Shown: in pieces, positions 44,131 to 52,981 of the stretch
Position numbering within the stretch: position 1 is the first letter of the stretch
How the letters are laid out: each line of letters starts with the position of its first letter
Assembly (NCBI GenBank): GCA_003223295.1
Contig: QHYM01000103.1
Coordinates: 6,581-70,580 of the forward strand
Source: Acidobacteriota bacterium
GTDB taxonomy: Bacteria; Acidobacteriota; Terriglobia; Acidiferrales; UBA7541
Direction: 5' to 3'
Length of the DNA: 64,000 nucleotides
Translations under genes and position numbers: made by a program
The notes under the pieces: generated by a model
What the model saw: the letters and a program-made list of their open reading frames with translations, nothing else
Database searches by the model: none
Told to the model about the DNA's origin: nothing

Positions 44131-44139
44131 GGATATCCC

Positions 44140-45402
44140 GTGCTCTCAGCTTTTCTTATTGCCCTTCGTGAAGGGGTGGAAGCGGCGCTCGTCGTCGGCA
44201 TCATCCTGGTTTATCTCTCTCGCACCGCCCGCAGCCACCTGACGCGCTTCGTCTGGTATGGCGTTGCGGCGGCCGCTGCTCTGAGCCTGGCTGTGGCGGT
44301 GGGGCTGGAGCGCTGGCGCATCAGCGAAGACGGCTTCGAGGGGCTGATGCTCCTGGTGGCCTCGGTCTTCGTTGTTACGATGATTGTATGGATGAATCGA
44401 GTTGCGCGCCACCTGAGAAAAGAGATTGAAGAGAAAGTGGAGTCCTACGCCGAGCGAACCGGAAAAGCCGCCGGTTGGGGCGTTTTTCTTTTTGTGTTTC
44501 TGCTGGTGTTGCGCGAGGGAGCGGAACTGGCGCTGATCCTGCGCGCCGTGGAGCTTTCGACCGAGGGTTTGCAGACCTGGATTGGGACGATTGCCGGGAT
44601 TGCGGCCGCAGTCGCGGTGGGATTGTTCTTTTTCAAGGGCACGCTGCGCATCCCGCTAGGGCGGTTCTTCGCAGCCACGAGTGTCATCTTGATGCTGGTG
44701 GCGTTCCAATTGGGGCTTAGGGGTTTGCACGAATTGAGTGAAGCGCGCTGGCTGCCTTCCAGCAAGGGCGAGATGGCTATTCTTGGCCCCATCGTGAGCA
44801 ACGAGCTTTTCTTTTTTGTATTCATTTTTGGCGCGGCGATGTTGCTGATTTTGCGCGAATGGCAGGCGGCTTCCCATGCCAAAGCCGCGAAAGACTCGCT
44901 GAACGACGCGGAAAGGCGCCTGCTGGAATCGCAGAACCGGCGCCAGGGCCGCTGGATGATTGCCGCGGCCACTGCTTCTCTAACCGTGATTCTCGTGCTG
45001 ACAGCTGATTTCATTTACGCGCGAGCAAATTCCGCGCCGCCAACGGCTCAGCCGATTGATCCCGTTGGCAACATCGTGCGCGTGCCCGTTAGCGAAGTGC
45101 AGGATGGAACCATGCACCTTTTCACCGTGAATGCGGGCAGCCAGTCCTTGCGGTTCATGGTCATCAAGAAGCCGAATGGCTGGGGCGTCGCGCTGGATGC
45201 CTGCCGGATTTGCGGCGCGGAAGGCTATCGCCAGGACGGGCAAAATGTGATTTGCCGGCATTGCGCTTCCGCGATTTATATTCCCTCGATTGGCGATCAG
45301 GGAGGCTGCAATCCCATCGGCGTGCCCGCGCACGTCGATGGAGGAGACATTGTGATCGACATTTCCGCCCTCGCTCAGGCGTCCAAGGAGATTCCCCAGT
45401 AA
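44140..45402 (+). CDS. FTR1-family iron permease fused to a C-terminal DUF2318-like Cys-rich domain
   Basis: Two RExxE motifs (LREGVEAAL near the N-terminus, LREGAELAL in TM4). After a further TM comes the domain ...FMVIKKPNGWGVALDACRICGAEGYRQDGQNVICRHCASAIYIPSIGDQGGCNPIGVP with CxxC...CxxC. Confidence 0.8.
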   Translation: MLSAFLIALREGVEAALVVGIILVYLSRTARSHLTRFVWYGVAAAAALSLAVAVGLERWRISEDGFEGLMLLVASVFVVTMIVWMNRVARHLRKEIEEKVESYAERTGKAAGWGVFLFVFLLVLREGAELALILRAVELSTEGLQTWIGTIAGIAAAVAVGLFFFKGTLRIPLGRFFAATSVILMLVAFQLGLRGLHELSEARWLPSSKGEMAILGPIVSNELFFFVFIFGAAMLLILREWQAASHAKAAKDSLNDAERRLLESQNRRQGRWMIAAATASLTVILVLTADFIYARANSAPPTAQPIDPVGNIVRVPVSEVQDGTMHLFTVNAGSQSLRFMVIKKPNGWGVALDACRICGAEGYRQDGQNVICRHCASAIYIPSIGDQGGCNPIGVPAHVDGGDIVIDISALAQASKEIPQ

Positions 45403-45441
45403 GGCGCCACTTGACGCCTTGCGTGCGCGACGACTCATTCC

Positions 45442-46758
45442 ATGTTTCTACGACTCGTGGCCGATTCCTTTGGGCGGCGCCCGCGGCACAAGCTGCTGAC
45501 CGGCGCGGCGCTGGCTCTGGGTATGGGTGTGGCCACGGCGGCGCTCAGCGTGGCGCTGGACGTTGGTGACCGCCTGGCAAAGGAATTCCGCAGCCTGGGC
45601 GCGAATCTGCTGGTTACGCCGCAGGCCGATTCGCTAGCGCTCGAAATCGGCGGCGTGGACTACCGGCCCGTGAACGCGGGAGCTTATCTGCCGGAAGCGG
45701 ATCTGCCAAAACTCAAAACGATTTTCTGGCACAACAACATCGTGGGTTTTGCGCCGATACTCGAAGTCCGGGCCATGGCTTTGCCGTTTGCACAGGAGGG
45801 CGGCCAGTATCGGGCCGGAGAATGGATCGAGGGCGTTCCTACCATTGGAACCTGGGCCGACCATTCCGTCCCTCTCCCTGAGGGCGGAGAATTTCAGACA
45901 GGAGTTGCCAAGACAAACCCCTGGTGGCAAATCGACGGCCGATGGTTTTCCGACAATGGGATGGAATGCGTAGTCGGTGTGGCGTTCGCACAAAAAAATC
46001 ACATTAAGATCGGCGATGCAATTTCATTGGCAGTCGGCCGCGTCACCAAGACTCCTTCTCCGTTCAAAGTCGTAGGAATCCTCAATTCTGGCGATCCGGA
46101 GGATGAGTCCATTGTGGTCCCGCTCTCCAAAGCCCAATTCCTCGCACACGAACCAGGGCAATACCGCAAACTTTATGTCAGTGCGCTGACGAAGCCGGAA
46201 GATGCTTTTGCAAAGCGCGACCCGAAGACGTTTACGCCGGCGGAGTACGATCGCTGGTTCTGTACGCCCTACATTTCGTCAATCGCGTTTCAAATTCAGC
46301 AGGAATTGCCAGGGACGGACGTGCGAGTCATCCGGCGCATTGCAGAAGGCGAAGGGCGGATTCTTGGCCGCGTGCAAATGCTGCTTTGGCTGGTCACCGC
46401 TGCGGCCATGCTGGCCGCGGCGCTGGCGGTGGGAGCCTCATCAGCGGCTTCCGTCATCGAGCGACAGGTGGAGATCGGCTTGATGAAGGCTCTGGGCGCG
46501 GGCTCCCGCATGGTGGGTTTCTTGCTGGCCGCGGAGCAATTGCTGCTCGCGGTTGTGGGCGGAGGAGTGGGTTACGCGCTGGGAATCGTTCTGGCGCGCC
46601 TGCTCGGCGAAAAGATTTTCGGGGCCGCGCCGGAGCCGACGCTGCTGGTCTTTTTGGTCGTAATCGGGCTTGCGGCTATCGTGACGCTACTGGGCAGCGC
46701 CATTCCGTTGCGTCGCGCATCGCGCATTGAGCCGGCGCCTATCCTGCGAGGCGAATGA
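45442..46758 (+). CDS. ABC transporter permease, FtsX/MacB-like
   Basis: 438 aa: an N-terminal TM, a large periplasmic domain and a C-terminal FtsX 3-TM bundle (EIGLMKALGAGSRMV...). Confidence 0.85.
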   Translation: MFLRLVADSFGRRPRHKLLTGAALALGMGVATAALSVALDVGDRLAKEFRSLGANLLVTPQADSLALEIGGVDYRPVNAGAYLPEADLPKLKTIFWHNNIVGFAPILEVRAMALPFAQEGGQYRAGEWIEGVPTIGTWADHSVPLPEGGEFQTGVAKTNPWWQIDGRWFSDNGMECVVGVAFAQKNHIKIGDAISLAVGRVTKTPSPFKVVGILNSGDPEDESIVVPLSKAQFLAHEPGQYRKLYVSALTKPEDAFAKRDPKTFTPAEYDRWFCTPYISSIAFQIQQELPGTDVRVIRRIAEGEGRILGRVQMLLWLVTAAAMLAAALAVGASSAASVIERQVEIGLMKALGAGSRMVGFLLAAEQLLLAVVGGGVGYALGIVLARLLGEKIFGAAPEPTLLVFLVVIGLAAIVTLLGSAIPLRRASRIEPAPILRGE

Positions 46759-47963
46759 TGACGGAACTTGGCGCACTCAATCGAGCGATGTTCTGGCGCA
46801 TCCTTCGGCGTTTGCTGGGAGCCAATCGCGGACGGTTGTTCGTGATGCTGCTGGCGCTCGGCGCCGGCGCCGCCGTTACGGCCGCGCTGCTCAATCTGCA
46901 AGTGGATGCGAAGCGCCGCCTCACTACTGAATTCCGAGCCTTTGGGGCTAACCTAATCGTTGCCCCAAAATCCTCTGGGGCTACCCCAGCTTCTGACTCT
47001 CTCCTGAATCAATCGCTTCTTAGGAGTTTGCCTTCGGAATTTCAGGGCCACTCCGTGACTTCAGTTCCGTCGCTGTACCTGATTGCCGAACTTTCGGCCC
47101 CTTATTCCGAATCGAAATCGTCTGTGCCCGTAGTGGTTTCAGGTACTGAACTAGAGAAACTCCCGCGCATCTTTCCTACCTGGGACTTCCAAGCCTCTCC
47201 ATTCCCGATGCACAACAACTCTGTCGCTCCGGTGAAGGCAAATGTCGTCTGTTTGGTCGGAGCGAAGGTCGCTTCCACATTTCACCTAGTCCCATTCGAC
47301 GTAATCGAGCTGATGAACGGGACGGAGAAGGTAAGCTGCGCCGTAGCCGACATCATAAAGACCGGCAGCGAAGAAGACAGCCAGGTGTTCATGGACCTTG
47401 CAGGTGCTCAGCGTCTTGCAATGCTCTCGAGCAGGATAAGCCTCATACAAATCAGCGTTGAAGGTTCCCCACCTGTCATTCAACAGTTCCAGGGCTTCCT
47501 TTCGCAGAAAATTCTTGACGCTGAAGTGCGTCCTATCCGCCAATTCACTGAGAGCGAAGCGAAGATCTACAACAGCATCAGCGGATTGCTCACGGCCACG
47601 GTGGGCATCGTGTTGCTGCTGACGGCGCTGTGCGTGATGGCGGCGATGACCAACGTGGCCATTGAGCGCAAGATGGATGTCGGCCTGATGAAGGCGATTG
47701 GGGGCGCGACGCGGCGCGTGGTGCGGCTCTTCCTGGCTGAAGCGGCGCTACTGGGTTTAGCGGGCGGTTTGATCGGTGCGGCGGCAGGCCTTGTGCTGTC
47801 CATCGGTTTGGGCAAAGCAGTTTTTGGAGTGGCGGCGCGGCCGCGGCTGATTGTGTATCCTTTAACTGTGGGTCTGACGATGCTGGTGGCGATCCTGAGC
47901 GCTTTTCCGCTGCGGCGGCTGGCGAGCATCCGCCCGGCATCCGTGTTCCGAGGTGAAGCGTGA
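46755..47963 (+). CDS. ABC transporter permease, FtsX/MacB-like (second copy)
   Basis: 402 aa with the same architecture (DVGLMKAIGGATRRV...). ATGA overlap with the upstream gene. Confidence 0.85.
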   Translation: MMTELGALNRAMFWRILRRLLGANRGRLFVMLLALGAGAAVTAALLNLQVDAKRRLTTEFRAFGANLIVAPKSSGATPASDSLLNQSLLRSLPSEFQGHSVTSVPSLYLIAELSAPYSESKSSVPVVVSGTELEKLPRIFPTWDFQASPFPMHNNSVAPVKANVVCLVGAKVASTFHLVPFDVIELMNGTEKVSCAVADIIKTGSEEDSQVFMDLAGAQRLAMLSSRISLIQISVEGSPPVIQQFQGFLSQKILDAEVRPIRQFTESEAKIYNSISGLLTATVGIVLLLTALCVMAAMTNVAIERKMDVGLMKAIGGATRRVVRLFLAEAALLGLAGGLIGAAAGLVLSIGLGKAVFGVAARPRLIVYPLTVGLTMLVAILSAFPLRRLASIRPASVFRGEA

Positions 47964-49171
47964 GCGTGGTCGCTCCCATTTCCGTGCAGCCGCGAACGAC
48001 GGTGCAGCAGGTTGTCATTGACAACCTTGTCAAGCAGTATGGAGCACTGCGCGCCCTCAACGGCGTCAGTTTTGCGGTGAATAGCGGCGAATGGGTCGCG
48101 CTCATGGGGCCTTCCGGCTCGGGGAAAACCACGCTCATCAACATTCTGGGCGGATTGGACACGCTGAGTTCCGGTCACCTGGTTGTTGATGGCGTTGACC
48201 TCTCCAAGTTGGGCGAGAGCGAATTGGTCCGCTACCGCGCAGAAAAAGTGGGCTTCGTTTTTCAGCAATTTCATCTCGTCCCGTATCTCACGGCGCTCGA
48301 AAACGTGATGCTGGCGCAGTATTTTCACAGTGTCACCGATGAAAAAGAAGCCGAAGTCGCGCTAAAGCGCGTGGGCCTCGGCGATCGCCTGACGCACCTG
48401 CCCGCCCAGCTTTCCGGCGGCGAACAGCAGCGCGTGGCGATCGCGCGCGCGCTGATCAATCAGCCAAAGCTTATTCTCGCCGACGAGCCCACCGGCAATC
48501 TCGACGAGGCTAACGAAAAGATCGTCATCGAGATTTTCCGTGAGCTGCACAATGCGGGGCATACCATTCTGATGGTCACCCATGACCCCGACATCGCCCG
48601 CCAAGCCGACCGCCGCATCGAACTCGCACACGGTCATTTGCATTTCGACTCCGCGGTGCACGGACCGGGCCAGCCGCTGAATTGCCCGCTGGTGGACACA
48701 CCGGACTGCTGCAAGTCCGTTTCGACCGACGATGAAATTCGCTTTGACCACCTACTCGAGCAAATTTGGGTTTGCGGCGAGGAAGGGAAGCCCGCTCAGG
48801 TTGAGCGCTTGCGTGCCGCCGGGGCCTCAGGGAAACTTTCAACCGTGCCTGAGGAAACCGCCGCAAAGGTTCTTTCGCGCATGGCGGAGCTGCGTTTGGT
48901 CGCGTTGCAAAACGGGGAAGTGCAACTCACTCCGGTAGGAAGCCAGCGCGCACGTGACGTGGTGCGCCGCCATCGCCTGGCCGAGCGTCTGTTCAAGGAT
49001 ACTTTTTCCGTTGATGAAACCGAGGCGCACACGCAGGCCTGCAAATTCGAGCACATCATCAGCCCGGAACTGGATGCGCGCATCTGCACGTTCCTCGGCC
49101 ACCCGAAAACCTGCCCGCACGGCAATCCTATTCCTCCGGGCGACTGCTGCGAAGGAAAGGGAAAGTGGTGA
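47960..49171 (+). CDS. ABC transporter ATP-binding protein fused to a DtxR/MntR-type metal-sensor module
   Basis: aa 1-230 is a MacB/LolD-type NBD ([41 protein letters not shown]). aa ~258-392 aligns with Dtx[12 protein letters not shown]... wHTH-like, then [33 protein letters not shown]...CPHGNPIP. Confidence 0.85.
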   Translation: MSVVAPISVQPRTTVQQVVIDNLVKQYGALRALNGVSFAVNSGEWVALMGPSGSGKTTLINILGGLDTLSSGHLVVDGVDLSKLGESELVRYRAEKVGFVFQQFHLVPYLTALENVMLAQYFHSVTDEKEAEVALKRVGLGDRLTHLPAQLSGGEQQRVAIARALINQPKLILADEPTGNLDEANEKIVIEIFRELHNAGHTILMVTHDPDIARQADRRIELAHGHLHFDSAVHGPGQPLNCPLVDTPDCCKSVSTDDEIRFDHLLEQIWVCGEEGKPAQVERLRAAGASGKLSTVPEETAAKVLSRMAELRLVALQNGEVQLTPVGSQRARDVVRRHRLAERLFKDTFSVDETEAHTQACKFEHIISPELDARICTFLGHPKTCPHGNPIPPGDCCEGKGKW

Positions 49172-49252
49172 CATCGGCCACGGGGAGAGCGAATTACCCC
49201 GGACTCATGCGCATGAACTGAAGACTGACGCTGACCACTGCAAACTTTCCCT

Positions 49253-49645
49253 ATGCCCACTCCCCTCGACCCGCGGAAAAAACCGACCAGCGTCAAGATT
49301 CACGTTTCCAGCGGCGCCGGTGTAGACATCACCTGGGCCGACGGCCACGCCAGCCATTACGACTTTGCGTATTTGCGTGACGAGTGTCCCTGTGCGACTT
49401 GCAATGACGAACGGGGGAAAAAAGAGGCGTTTAAGTCGCTCGCGCCGGGAATGGCCTCCTCTCCCGTGCTGCCCATGTTCAAGCCCAAGCCCAGCGCCAA
49501 AGCCGCCACGCAAGTAGGCAACTATGCCATTCAGATCACGTTTAGCGACGGCCACTCTACGGGCATCTATGCCTACGACCATCTCCGCAGCATCTGCCCT
49601 TGCGAAGAGTGTGCCAAAGCCTTCCGCACAGCTTCCGCGAGTTAG
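49253..49645 (+). CDS. DUF971 domain protein (gamma-butyrobetaine hydroxylase N-terminal-like, Cys-rich)
   Basis: VDITWADGHASHYDFAYLRDECPCATC ... YAIQITFSDGHSTGIYAYDHLRSICPCEEC. Confidence 0.8.
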   Translation: MPTPLDPRKKPTSVKIHVSSGAGVDITWADGHASHYDFAYLRDECPCATCNDERGKKEAFKSLAPGMASSPVLPMFKPKPSAKAATQVGNYAIQITFSDGHSTGIYAYDHLRSICPCEECAKAFRTASAS

Positions 49646-49750
49646 ATCTTTTCTGCATTTACGCATGCCTCGCAGGTTGAACCTTTCCGTATTTTTGTGG
49701 AATGCTCAGGTCAGACACTCATTAGTTCATAGTTACGACCGAGGTGATCT

Positions 49751-50578
49751 ATGGCCTGTGACATCAACGAATTGAAACACGTTCCGCTTTTCGCCCTCCT
49801 GGACGACGACGAAGCGGCCGTTCTTGCGAGCCAGGTCGAATTGAAACGCTTCGCGCCACGGCAGCGTATTTACAAAACTGGCGACACGACCGGTCAAGCC
49901 TACGTCATGATTTCCGGACGCGTGCGCGTCACTACCGTCGACGAGGATCATCAGGAAGTGGTCGTCGACGAGCCGGGACATGGAGAATTCTTTGGTTTCG
50001 CCTCCATGCTGGAAAAGACGCCTCATCAGACCGATGCCATCGCGCTGGAAGAGACCGCTTGCCTGGAAGTCTCGCGCGACGACATCGCCGTTCTTCTCCA
50101 GCGTAAGCCCCTTGCCGGCATGGACATGCTCACCGTTCTCGGCAAACAGTTCCATGCCTCGCAGCGGCTCGTTCGCGTGCGCGCCAATCGCCATCCCAAC
50201 GAAGTCATCGAGGGCGAAGCCACTTTCGGTGAGCGGATTGCCGATAAGGTGGCGCAATTTGGAGGTTCCTGGACGTTTATCATCCTTTTTGCGGTGGTGG
50301 CTACCCTCTACACGACCACGAACGTGATCCTGGGTAAGTCCGGGTGGGATCCTTATCCCTTCATTCTGCTAAATCTCTTTCTTTCCACGCTCGCAGCCAT
50401 TCAAGCGCCGGTGATCATGATGAGCCAGAACCGCCAGGACACAAAAGACCGCCTGCGCGGTGAGCTGGATTACGACGTCAACCGCCGGGCCGCCTCGGAC
50501 ATTCAGGGACTCTCCCGCAAGCTCAATTTGCTTGGCGAAAAAATCGGCGACATTGAAGACTTGCTGCGCAAGAGATAG
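49751..50578 (+). CDS. cyclic-nucleotide-binding domain fused to a DUF1003 membrane domain
   Basis: A CAP_ED-like N-terminus (FAPRQRIYKTGDTTGQAYVMISGRVRV...GEFFGFASML), then FGGSWTFIILFAVV...DPYPFILLNLFLSTLAAIQAPVIMMSQNRQ (DUF1003). Confidence 0.8.
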   Translation: MACDINELKHVPLFALLDDDEAAVLASQVELKRFAPRQRIYKTGDTTGQAYVMISGRVRVTTVDEDHQEVVVDEPGHGEFFGFASMLEKTPHQTDAIALEETACLEVSRDDIAVLLQRKPLAGMDMLTVLGKQFHASQRLVRVRANRHPNEVIEGEATFGERIADKVAQFGGSWTFIILFAVVATLYTTTNVILGKSGWDPYPFILLNLFLSTLAAIQAPVIMMSQNRQDTKDRLRGELDYDVNRRAASDIQGLSRKLNLLGEKIGDIEDLLRKR

Positions 50579-50666
50579 CTTATCGAGCCTGTCGAGCCTG
50601 CGATGCGCTAGACTTCCCGCTCGAAAAATGCGAGCATTTTAGCCTGCAAGCTAAAGCAATCCACAC

Positions 50667-52940
50667 ATGAGCAGCATCCCCAATAACCCTGCTGCTGCAG
50701 GCAGCCGGGGCAATGGAATTCCGCGCGTTTTGGTGGCCACCACCGCGCTGCTGAGTTTCATTTCCTTCTGGCGCGCCGCCGCAATTGTCCTCAATGATCT
50801 AGCTTCTTCCGCGTATTACGCCGGAGGTGAAGCAGAAGGCTACATCGGCAAGGCCGCACCGTGGTTCATCCTCGGCATCATGCTGTTTTCCTATGCCGTG
50901 CGCGCAGTCTATATCGAAAGCTGCAGCATGTTTGTGCGCGGCGGCGTCTACCGCGCCGTTAAACAGGCACTGGGGGGCAGCCTGGCGAAGTTCAGCGTCT
51001 CTGCCCTGATGTTCGACTACATCCTCACAGGGCCGATCAGCGGCGTTTCCGCCGGACAATACTTGGCGGGACTTCTGAGCGAAACGTCACAACACTTTCA
51101 TTTCAGCGGTCCGTTTTCGCCGGGCGTGGTGAATTTGACCGCTTCTTCCTTTGCGATCCTCGTCACCGTCTACTTCTGGTGGCAAAACACCAAGGGCGTC
51201 CACGAGTCCAGCGACAAAGCTCTCAAAATCATGAAGCTGGTCACGGTCATGGTCATCGTGCTCATCGTTTGGTGCGTCCGAACGATCATGATTCGGCATT
51301 CTCCGCTTCCACCACTTCCGTATCCCAGCAATCTTCACTTTAGCCCTGGCGCGCTTGGTTGGCTCGCCCACAGCTCGCTGCCGCACACGCTTGGCGTTCT
51401 CGCCATATTCATCGCTCTCGGACACTCCGTCCTCGCGATGAGCGGCGAAGAGTCACTGGCCCAGGTCTACCGCGAAATGGAGTCTCCCAAGCTGCGGAAC
51501 CTCAAAAAAGCCGGTTTGGTCATCTTCATCTACAGCCTGGTATTTACTTCACTGGTTTCATTCTTTGCCGTCATGATCATTCCCGACGATATACGTCAGG
51601 GTTTCCTGCAGAACCTGATCGGCGGCCTGGCGATGAATCTGGAAGGGCCGTTTCTCGCGCGCCTGATCTTCCACGGCTTCGTTGTCATCGTCGGCACGCT
51701 CATTCTTGCCGGTGCGGTCAATACTGCCATCGTGGGGTCGAACGGCGTCCTCAACCGCGTCTCTGAAGACGGAGTGCTCAGCGACTGGTTCCGTCAACCG
51801 CACCCGCGCTTCGGCACCAGCTATCGCATCATCAACATTATCGTGCTGCTCCAGATCATCACCATCATCATCAGCCGCGGCGATGTTACGTTTCTCGCGA
51901 ACCTTTATGCTTTCGGCGTGATCTGGAGCTTCACAATGAACGGCCTTGCCGTGCTCGTCTTGCGCTACACGCACCCCGGCGAGCGTGAGTTTCAGGTTCC
52001 TTTCAACCCCCGGATTGCCGGCGTCCAGGTTCCGCTGGGCCTCATTGCCATCACGCTGACACTTTTCCTCATCGCTGTCGTCAACTTGTTCACCAAGCCC
52101 GTGGCGACGATGGCCGGTGGAGTTTTCTCCGTCCTTCTCTACATGGTATTTGTCATCTCGGAGCGTCATCGCAAGAGGGTAGGCGCTGGGCACGTAGAGA
52201 TGGACCAGTTCAACCTGGAATCGGAAAGCGAGCTCACTCCCGAGGCGGTCGGAGCACGCCCGGGCAACATACTCGTTCCCGTAAGCAACCAGTTCAATCT
52301 ATACCATCTGAGCAATGTTCTCGACCGCGTGAAACCTGGCCGCCGGGATGTCGTGGTTCTGCACGTCCGGTTATTGCGGCGTTCGGCCTCCGGTGAATAC
52401 GAACTGGAAGCCGAACAACTTTTCGGCAGCATCGAGCAACAGCTTTTCTCGCAAGCGCTGGCGCTCGCCGAAAAACGAGGAAAATCCATTCGCCTTGCAG
52501 TTGTCGCCGCAAACGACCTGTGGGACGGCATTCTCCGGGCCGCAACTTCACTGCAATCCAGCACTATTGTGGTTGGTCGCTCGTCGCGAGAAAGCACAGA
52601 AGAACACGCCCGGCTCGTCGGCGAGGCTTGGGAAAAGCTTGGCGATCAGAAGCCCCAATTCAACCTTGAGATTCACATGCCCAATGGGGAGAAGCTCTAT
52701 AAAGTTCTCGGTCCGCACGCTCCGAACCTGACGGCGAACGAAATCAATCTCCTGCACCGGCTATGGCTGCGTTTCAGCGATTCCGTAGCTCCCCTGGAGA
52801 TTCACCATCACGATGTCGTTCACTTTGCGCTGGAAGAAGTCCAGAAAGAGTTGGAAGAGGGGCACGAAGATGACGTTGTCTGCCGCCTGCGTACGCATCT
52901 CGAAGTGAATCAGACAAAACGCAAGCCAGCCTCTTCCTAA
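50667..52940 (+). CDS. APC-superfamily permease fused to a C-terminal universal-stress-protein-like domain
   Basis: 757 aa: about 12 TM helices, then a cytoplasmic region NILVPVSNQF...VVVLHVRLL...IRLAVVAANDLWDGILRAATSLQSSTIVVGRS (Usp-like fold). Confidence 0.75.
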   Translation: MSSIPNNPAAAGSRGNGIPRVLVATTALLSFISFWRAAAIVLNDLASSAYYAGGEAEGYIGKAAPWFILGIMLFSYAVRAVYIESCSMFVRGGVYRAVKQALGGSLAKFSVSALMFDYILTGPISGVSAGQYLAGLLSETSQHFHFSGPFSPGVVNLTASSFAILVTVYFWWQNTKGVHESSDKALKIMKLVTVMVIVLIVWCVRTIMIRHSPLPPLPYPSNLHFSPGALGWLAHSSLPHTLGVLAIFIALGHSVLAMSGEESLAQVYREMESPKLRNLKKAGLVIFIYSLVFTSLVSFFAVMIIPDDIRQGFLQNLIGGLAMNLEGPFLARLIFHGFVVIVGTLILAGAVNTAIVGSNGVLNRVSEDGVLSDWFRQPHPRFGTSYRIINIIVLLQIITIIISRGDVTFLANLYAFGVIWSFTMNGLAVLVLRYTHPGEREFQVPFNPRIAGVQVPLGLIAITLTLFLIAVVNLFTKPVATMAGGVFSVLLYMVFVISERHRKRVGAGHVEMDQFNLESESELTPEAVGARPGNILVPVSNQFNLYHLSNVLDRVKPGRRDVVVLHVRLLRRSASGEYELEAEQLFGSIEQQLFSQALALAEKRGKSIRLAVVAANDLWDGILRAATSLQSSTIVVGRSSRESTEEHARLVGEAWEKLGDQKPQFNLEIHMPNGEKLYKVLGPHAPNLTANEINLLHRLWLRFSDSVAPLEIHHHDVVHFALEEVQKELEEGHEDDVVCRLRTHLEVNQTKRKPASS

Positions 52941-52981
52941 ACGTACACAGCGTAGTCATTTCATTCTTTCCGTATCGTGAT

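Noticed and set aside
44104-44132. Possible Fur box at the iron-operon palindrome.
   Set aside because: Only the central AATCATT core matches, and I count about 11/19 identities to GATAATGATAATCATTATC. I kept it as a generic operator candidate and did not call it a Fur box.
50581-50640. Weak hairpin GCTCG-aaaaatg-CGAGC plus ATTTT, and the direct repeat CGAGCCTG x2, after the cNMP-DUF1003 gene.
   Set aside because: The stem is only 5 bp, which is marginal as a terminator, so it is not listed as a feature.
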